Under the pieces are notes generated by a model. It was not told where the DNA came from. It worked only from the letters and a program-made list of their open reading frames with translations, and made no database searches. From positions 1 to 64,000 of the forward strand of contig CAVZMH010000006.1 of assembly GCA_963776345.1 (NCBI GenBank): DNA of 64,000 nucleotides, written 5' to 3'. The first letter of the stretch is position 1; every line of letters begins with the position of its first letter. Shown here one piece after another: positions 57,947 through 64,000 of the stretch. Source of the stretch: an uncultured delta proteobacterium. GTDB lineage: Bacteria; Myxococcota; Myxococcia; Myxococcales; Myxococcaceae. A program made the position numbers and the translations under genes.

Positions 57947-60163
57947 CTACTTGATGATGATCGGCGGCCGGCGGAACTGGACGAAGTGAGGGTCGAAGAA
58001 GTTTCCGCTCTGGGGCGGTTGCCGGGTCTTCAGCGTGAACCCCACCGCGGCGAACTGCGAGGGGTCCGACCCCACCGGGCGGATGGCCACGTAGTCACCC
58101 CATCGCCCCTGGCTCGCGTCACTGCTCCGGGGCGGGTAGACCACGAAGTCTCCCCAGTAGCCCACGGCGTGGTTGGCGTGGAGGGTGCCCCCGCCCCCGT
58201 AGGCGAGCGACAGCCCGATCTCCCCGCCGACGTTGGTGGACAGCGCCGGGTAGGCGAAGGCGAAGCTGCCGTTCCAGATCTGCACCTGCTCGACGAGGCT
58301 GAAGTTGTTCGAGCGATTCAGGTGGACCATCTGGATGTGCGGATGGGCGAAGCCGCCGCCGCGCGCCGCCATCCAGGCGAACCAGAGGTCGTTCCCCGAG
58401 CGCGTGGCGCCGATGACCCCGGCCCCCGGGAACCCGTTGGACATCTGCAGCCAGTCGATGCCGCCCGGGGTGATGGAGGTGTAGTCGGTGTTGGGCCAGC
58501 TGTTGATGTTCACGTTCCGCCAGAAGTAGGTGTTGGAGTCCTCGCGCAGCGAGTACACGACCATCTGGCTGGTGGAGTTGTGCCCGGCCCAGAAGATCTC
58601 GTCGCCGGTCACCTGGGCGAGGTGACCGCCGTAGGCACGGGCCGAGTTCGACGGGTTGGTGTAGCCGATGTTGATGCCGGTGGAGTCACGGATCTGCGCC
58701 AGCGGGATACGGAAGACGAGGAGTCCCGCCCCCACCTGGTCCACGCTCCCGTAGAGGAAGTTCTGGCCCACCGAGAGATCGGGGTAGTCCATCCAGTTGT
58801 TTCCCATCCCGAAGGTGGACGAACGCAGGTCCCAGTAGGTCCAGGCGCTGCCGTTGCTGCTGATGATCTGCGCGGGGCTGGCCGCGGCGATGCGGAGCAT
58901 GTTCGGTCCGCCGCCGCTTCCCCTCCAGAACTGCATCAGCCAGATGAAGCGATCGATCTGCGGCACGTAGAGAATCACCTGATCACAGCAGAGCCCACCG
59001 TCCAGCTGCCTCCCGAGAGAGTCGAGGGTCGGGCGGCTGGGGAAGATGGTGGTCGGATCGAGCCGGGTGAAGGTGAGGCCTCCGTCCTTGGAGAACGCGG
59101 CGAAGGTGTTCCCCGAGACCAGCACCACGTTCCCGCTGCTCGCGCCGCTCATGTCCGGCGGCGAGCCGCTGAAGGCCGAGGCCGAGAGGAAGGAGGTGAT
59201 GACCGGGAAATCGACCCCGCCACCCGCGTTCCCCGCCAGGGGACTCATCACCGAGACCCCGTCCTGGCTGGGAGAGAGCGTTCCCCGGAGCGGGCCAGGA
59301 GCGACCAGCTGTGGATCGTCCTCGTTGCGCTCGTCCTCGACGTTGATGTCGAAGTGGTCGAACAGGCCCCCGGCCACCTGGATCGGAGGGGCGAGGGTCT
59401 GGATCAGGACGTCGGATCTGGCTCCGTCGCACATCGGACCGGCTGCCACGTGGATCGGCACGGTCAGGGACGCGGTGTGCCCGAGCGGGTCGGAGACCGT
59501 CACCGTCACTGCGTAGTCGCCCGGGGTCCGGGCCTCGAAGCCGGCGTGGTTCCCCGCGGGAGTGAGGGTGTAGACGGCCCCCGCGGGCGCCGAGGTCACC
59601 GCCCAGGCGTAGCTGAGCGGGAGCCCATCCGGGTGGCTCGCGACCACCTCCATCGCCACGTCCTCGCACACGGCCGTGAACTTGCTCGGGCGGAAGCGGA
59701 AGTCGGTGATCCGTGGCGGATGCTCGGTGACCACCGGGATGTCGAGCCCGCCGGTGCCACCGTCGTCGCAGAACAGCGCCAGCACGACCTCGGTGGTCTG
59801 GCCCCGGACCACGTTGGCCGAGGCCGAGGCCGCGGTGCACTTGGTGCTCGGACCTCCCGAGGCGCCGAACGGCGTTGCAGTCACCAGATACGTGCCGGGC
59901 TGGAGGACGAAGAATGCGTCGCCCCCGGTCCGCTGCTGACCATTGAGCGTGATGGTGGAGAGGGTGATCTCCTCCTCGGCCACCACGGTGGCTCCCTGCT
60001 TCACCTGGATCTGGACCGAGGCGATGTCGTCGGTACTCGCGGCGACGAGCGCGGCCCGGATCCGGGTGGTCTCGGGTGAGTCGCCGGGCGCGGCGGAACG
60101 GCCACAGCCGAGCGGGACTGCTGCCAGCACCAGCAGCAGGACGGATGTGTAGCGAGCGTACAT
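57947..60163 (-). CDS. Secreted lipoprotein with Ig/PKD-like domains and an uncharacterised C-terminal beta-rich domain
   Basis: Lipobox VPLGC; PKD-like LSYAW...PGDYAVTVTVSD; Asp-box-like SKDGGLTF; GRWGDY near the C-terminus. Confidence 0.8.
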   Translation of the reverse strand: MYARYTSVLLLVLAAVPLGCGRSAAPGDSPETTRIRAALVAASTDDIASVQIQVKQGATVVAEEEITLSTITLNGQQRTGGDAFFVLQPGTYLVTATPFGASGGPSTKCTAASASANVVRGQTTEVVLALFCDDGGTGGLDIPVVTEHPPRITDFRFRPSKFTAVCEDVAMEVVASHPDGLPLSYAWAVTSAPAGAVYTLTPAGNHAGFEARTPGDYAVTVTVSDPLGHTASLTVPIHVAAGPMCDGARSDVLIQTLAPPIQVAGGLFDHFDINVEDERNEDDPQLVAPGPLRGTLSPSQDGVSVMSPLAGNAGGGVDFPVITSFLSASAFSGSPPDMSGASSGNVVLVSGNTFAAFSKDGGLTFTRLDPTTIFPSRPTLDSLGRQLDGGLCCDQVILYVPQIDRFIWLMQFWRGSGGGPNMLRIAAASPAQIISSNGSAWTYWDLRSSTFGMGNNWMDYPDLSVGQNFLYGSVDQVGAGLLVFRIPLAQIRDSTGINIGYTNPSNSARAYGGHLAQVTGDEIFWAGHNSTSQMVVYSLREDSNTYFWRNVNINSWPNTDYTSITPGGIDWLQMSNGFPGAGVIGATRSGNDLWFAWMAARGGGFAHPHIQMVHLNRSNNFSLVEQVQIWNGSFAFAYPALSTNVGGEIGLSLAYGGGGTLHANHAVGYWGDFVVYPPRSSDASQGRWGDYVAIRPVGSDPSQFAAVGFTLKTRQPPQSGNFFDPHFVQFRRPPIIIK

Positions 60164-60395
60164 GGGACCCCCTTACTGGTTACTTGTGCTCAACACTCAC
60201 TGGGCGCCGGTTGCCAGCCCGGCACCACTGCACCCGAGCGAGCTTCCGGTCCAGAGCCGTCGCGTCTGTGCCGCGGAGCGGCGTAGGTCCCCGCCGGAAG
60301 CCCCGGGCTCCTCGCCGTCCGTCTCGGAACGCGCACCGGGCGTGCATGTGCATGGGCGTGGGCGCACGGCCCCGTGGTCTGGCATCGTCCTCTGC

Positions 60396-61094
60396 ATGGA
60401 CGGCTCGCCGCGCAGCGTCGTGACCGGGATCGAGGTGGTGGAGGACGTGACGGCGCGCTCGCGCTGCGACGAAGGCTTCCTCCACCTGAAACGGCTGGTG
60501 TGCCGGAACCACCGCGGCGACGGCTCGACCTCCCGCGACTACCGGGTGGACGTCGTTGATCGTCCCATCCCGGACGCGGTGGCGGTGCTCATCTGGCGTC
60601 GCGGCTCGCAGGGCATCGAGGTGCTCACCCGCAAGACGCTCCGGCCCGCGGCGCACTTCCGCGCCGGCATGAAGCTCCCCGTGCCCGACCCGCGCGCGTA
60701 CCTCCTTCTCGAGGAGCTCGTGGCCGGGGTGCTCGAGCCCGACGACCGGGGCGAGCCCGGCCTTCGCCGCCGAGCCGCCGAGGAGACGCTCGAGGAGGCG
60801 GGCTACCGCGTCTCGCCCGAGGAGGTGACCTTGCTCGGCGGCAGCTTCTTCCTCGCCCCCGGCATCCTCTCGGAGAAGATCCACCCCACGGCGGTGGACG
60901 TCACCGGGCGCGCCCAGGAGACGCCCCGGGGCGACGGCTCGCCGCTCGAGGAGGGGGCGACGCTGCACTGGTGGCCGATCGACGCGCTGCTCGAGGCTTG
61001 CCGGAGCGGCGAGGTGGAGGACGCCAAGACGGAGATCTCGGTCGGGCGCTTCCTGGCCCAGGGGGTGCCCTCGACCCCCGCCCGACCCCCCTGA
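60396..61094 (+). CDS. NUDIX hydrolase (ADP-ribose pyrophosphatase-like)
   Basis: Nudix-box variant AGVLE...RAAEETLEEAGY, APGILSE, EDAKTE. Confidence 0.8.
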   Translation: MDGSPRSVVTGIEVVEDVTARSRCDEGFLHLKRLVCRNHRGDGSTSRDYRVDVVDRPIPDAVAVLIWRRGSQGIEVLTRKTLRPAAHFRAGMKLPVPDPRAYLLLEELVAGVLEPDDRGEPGLRRRAAEETLEEAGYRVSPEEVTLLGGSFFLAPGILSEKIHPTAVDVTGRAQETPRGDGSPLEEGATLHWWPIDALLEACRSGEVEDAKTEISVGRFLAQGVPSTPARPP

Positions 61095-61160
61095 CCCACC
61101 CGAATCCCTGCAAGTCCAGCGGTTTGCGGGCAGGCCCGCGGGGTGCATTCCCCACAGGAC

Positions 61161-61358
61161 ATGGCCGATCCCGCCAGCCCCCGTCCCGTCCCGGTGCTCG
61201 ACCTCGTCGGGGCCATGTCGCTCGACCCCGACTTCCGGATGGAGGACGTGCTCCGCGCCCTCGACAGCATGACGCCGGAGGAGCTGGAGGAGCTGGCGGC
61301 GCTGCTCGACGAGCACGACGCCGCGGTCCGCCGCCGCGCCCGCATCCTCGCCCGCTGA
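61161..61358 (+). CDS. Small acidic hypothetical protein
   Basis: 65-aa ORF with typical codon bias and agga just upstream; fills the intergenic gap. Confidence 0.55.
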   Translation: MADPASPRPVPVLDLVGAMSLDPDFRMEDVLRALDSMTPEELEELAALLDEHDAAVRRRARILAR

Positions 61359-61413
61359 GGCTTGCCCCGGGGCTGTCGACGCGGCCCGGGCCCTGGCATT
61401 AGAGGGGCCCGAG

Positions 61414-62154
61414 ATGCAGTTTCCGCCCCACCCGGAGTGGCAGGACGTCCTGACCGGCATCCTCGCCGTGGCGACCGAGTCCGGCCCGGCGGGCGTCATC
61501 GCCTTCGACCTCGACTCGACGCTCCTCGACAACCGCCCGCGCCAGGCGGCCATCATCCGGGACTTCGCGAGCGTGCACGGCATCTCGGTCCTGGAGGGCT
61601 TCCAGGCCGAACATCTGGAAACCGGCTTCGACACCCGCGAGGCGCTGGCCCGCGCTGGCCTCGACGCCGACAGCATCGCCCGGTGGCTCCCGGCGCTCCG
61701 GGCGCACTGGGTGGAGCGCTTCTTCACCTCGGACGCGTGCCTGCACGACATCCCGGTGCGGGGGGCGGCCGCGTACGCCCGGCGCGCGCATGCCACCGGG
61801 GTGCAGCTGGTCTACCTGACGGCCCGGCCCGAGCGGATGCGCCCCGGCACGGAGGAGGTGCTCCGCCGCTTCGGGTTCCCGCTGCCAGGCCCCGGGGTGC
61901 AGCTCTGGATGAAGCCGGAGGACCCCTCCATCGGCGACGACGCGTTCAAGCGTTCGGCGCATGCTCGGCTGGCCTCGCTGGGCCGTCTGGTGGCCGCCTT
62001 CGACAACGAGCCCGGCCACGTCAACGACTTCCGGACGACCTTCCCCGAGGCGGAGGTGGTGCTGGTCGCGACCGGACACTCGGGCCGGGTGTCGACCCTC
62101 GAGGCGCGGGTGTGCGTGGTTCCGCACCTGGCCCTCGAGCCCAGCCCGGAGTGA
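61414..62154 (+). CDS. HAD superfamily (acid phosphatase-like) hydrolase
   Basis: FDLDSTL, YLTAR, conserved Lys in AFKR, AFDNE. Confidence 0.8.
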   Translation: MQFPPHPEWQDVLTGILAVATESGPAGVIAFDLDSTLLDNRPRQAAIIRDFASVHGISVLEGFQAEHLETGFDTREALARAGLDADSIARWLPALRAHWVERFFTSDACLHDIPVRGAAAYARRAHATGVQLVYLTARPERMRPGTEEVLRRFGFPLPGPGVQLWMKPEDPSIGDDAFKRSAHARLASLGRLVAAFDNEPGHVNDFRTTFPEAEVVLVATGHSGRVSTLEARVCVVPHLALEPSPE

Positions 62155-62235
62155 CCGGAGCTGGTGGCTTCGCCGCGCCGCGGCATGCCGAACGCTTGGA
62201 AAATCGGGCACCGAGCCGATATGGAGCGGCCCGGC

Positions 62236-63369
62236 ATGGCATCCGCTTATTCGAAAGAGCTGCTCCTCTCGATGTACCGGCACATGTACCTCATCCGCCG
62301 GTTCGAGGAGCGTGCAGCGCAGGCCTACACCCAGGGGAAGATCAACGGCTTCTGCCACCTCTACATCGGGCAGGAGGCGGTCGCGGTGGGCACGACGGAG
62401 GCGCTCCGTCCCGACGACTACCAGCTCGGCGCGTACCGCGATCACGGCTACCCGCTCACCCGGGGCGCCGACCCGGGGATGGTGATGGCCGAGCTGTTCG
62501 GCAAGGCCACCGGCTACTGCAAGGGCAAGGGCGGCTCGATGCACATCTTCGACGTCGAGCACAGCGTGCTCGGCGGCTACGGCATCGTGGGCGGGCAGAT
62601 CCCGCTCGCCGCCGGCCTGGCCTTCGCCTCGAGGTACCGGAGCGACGGCCGGGTGACGGTCTGCTACTTCGGCGAGGCCGCGACGAACCAGGGCGCGTTC
62701 CACGAGACGCTGAACATGGCGGCCAAGTGGTCGCTCCCGGTCATCTTCCTCTGCGAGAACAACCGCTACGGCATGGGGACCGCGTTCGCCCGTGTCTCGC
62801 CGATGCCCGAGGTCTACAAGCGCGCCGCCGCCTACGGCATCCGCGGCGAGCCGGTGGACGGGATGGACGTCCTTAAGACTTACGAGGCCGTCAAGGATTG
62901 CGCCGCCCACTGCCGCGCGGGGAAGGGGCCGGTGCTGCTGGAGGCCAACACCTACCGCTATCGCGGCCACTCCATGTCCGACCCGGCCACCTACCGGAGC
63001 AAGACCGAGGTGGAGCAGGAGCGGAAGGGAGACCCCATCCCGAAGCTCCGGCAGTGGTGTGTGGAGCAGCAGAAGTTCCCCGAGTCCGAGTTCGAGGCCA
63101 TCGACGCCGAGATCCGCGCGACCATCGACGGGGCAGTGAAGTTTGCCGAGGAGTCCCCGGAGCCCCCGCTCGACGAGCTGCACGAGGACATCTTCGTCGA
63201 GCCCGGTGACCCGGACGTGAAGCCGCGGGAGCGGGTGCTGGGGATGAAGGTGGACTGGCCGCGCCATCCCGGACCCCAGGAGTACCGCGTGACCTGGGAC
63301 CTCGAGCCGCGCGAGCAGGCCGAGGTGGCGGAGAAGAAGGCGGGGCTGAAGCAACCGGCCCGGGCGTGA
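62236..63369 (+). CDS. pdhA: Pyruvate dehydrogenase E1 alpha subunit
   Basis: [30 protein letters not shown]...[20 protein letters not shown]. Confidence 0.96.
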   Translation: MASAYSKELLLSMYRHMYLIRRFEERAAQAYTQGKINGFCHLYIGQEAVAVGTTEALRPDDYQLGAYRDHGYPLTRGADPGMVMAELFGKATGYCKGKGGSMHIFDVEHSVLGGYGIVGGQIPLAAGLAFASRYRSDGRVTVCYFGEAATNQGAFHETLNMAAKWSLPVIFLCENNRYGMGTAFARVSPMPEVYKRAAAYGIRGEPVDGMDVLKTYEAVKDCAAHCRAGKGPVLLEANTYRYRGHSMSDPATYRSKTEVEQERKGDPIPKLRQWCVEQQKFPESEFEAIDAEIRATIDGAVKFAEESPEPPLDELHEDIFVEPGDPDVKPRERVLGMKVDWPRHPGPQEYRVTWDLEPREQAEVAEKKAGLKQPARA

Positions 63370-63397
63370 CACCAGCGAGCGACGAGGGACGACTCCG

Positions 63398-64000
63398 ATG
63401 CCCGAACTGATGTGGCGCGAGGCGCTGAACCAGGCGCTCTCCGAGGAGATGGAACGCGACGTCAACGTCTTCCTGATGGGAGAGGAGGTCGCGCGCTACA
63501 ACGGCGCCTACAAGGTCACGCTGGGGCTGCTCGACAAGTTCGGGAGCGCCCGGGTGGTGGACGCGCCGATCAGCGAGCTGGGCTTCGCCGGCCTGGGCGT
63601 CGGCGCGGCGATGGTGGGGCTCCGGCCGGTCATCGAGATGATGACCTGGAACTTCGCGATTCTCGCGATGGACCAGATCGTCAACAACGCCGCCAAGCTC
63701 CGGCACATGTCGGGCGGGCAGCTGCGCTGTCCGATCGTCTTCCGCGGCCCCAACGGGGCGGGTGGCCGGCTCTCCTCGCAGCACAGCCAGTCGCTCGAGG
63801 CGAACTACGCGCACTTCCCGGGGCTGAAGATCCTCGCGCCCTCCACCCCGGCCGACGCAAAGGGCCTGCTCAAGGCGGCCATCCGCGACGACAACCCGAT
63901 CATCTTTCTCGAGGCCGAGCTGCTCTACGGAGTGAAGGGCGAGGTGCCAGCGGGCGAGCACGTGCTGCCCATCGGCAAGGCGGACCTCAAGCGCGAGGGG
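63398..64000 (+). CDS. pdhB: Pyruvate dehydrogenase E1 beta subunit (runs off the window)
   Basis: Manual translation [18 protein letters not shown]...GEEV...[17 protein letters not shown]...QHSQ. Confidence 0.93.
   Translation, partial: MPELMWREALNQALSEEMERDVNVFLMGEEVARYNGAYKVTLGLLDKFGSARVVDAPISELGFAGLGVGAAMVGLRPVIEMMTWNFAILAMDQIVNNAAKLRHMSGGQLRCPIVFRGPNGAGGRLSSQHSQSLEANYAHFPGLKILAPSTPADAKGLLKAAIRDDNPIIFLEAELLYGVKGEVPAGEHVLPIGKADLKREG

Noticed and set aside
60369..60396. Sigma54-like TGGCA...TGC upstream of the NUDIX gene
   Set aside because: GG-to-GC spacing is 11 rather than the required 10 nt, and the motif abuts the start codon.

Overview
High-GC, gene-dense core-genome segment of a myxobacterium (Myxococcota). 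The assignment rests on a CdnL-type CarD protein, a GacB-type Hypr GGDEF, and a ccsA-hemA-hemC-hemD operon. The window carries DNA repair genes (uvrA, uvrB-uvrC, addB-addA-like), purA, cysS, comEC, mreC-mreD-mrdA-rodA (no adjacent mreB), mgtE, trxA, an orphan GspE/PilB ATPase and pdhA-pdhB, plus several secreted lipoproteins. I saw no tRNA, rRNA, CRISPR array, transposase or integrase. Most interesting observations: (1) a metallophosphoesterase divergent from uvrA that is colinear with the eukaryotic RNA lariat debranching enzyme Dbr1, suggesting a bacterial 2'-5' phosphodiesterase; (2) a GAF-GGDEF with the Hypr Asp-to-Ser signature, i.e. a probable 3',3'-cGAMP synthase; (3) a 108-bp AT-richer element bounded by 25-bp inverted repeats; (4) an AddAB pair with Fe-S staple cysteines in both subunits but a degenerate AddA nuclease; (5) three broken genes (a DUF507 tandem duplicate with a 34-nt deletion, a truncated methyltransferase remnant, and a +1 frameshift in a small ORF). 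All calls come from reading motifs by eye; no searches were run.
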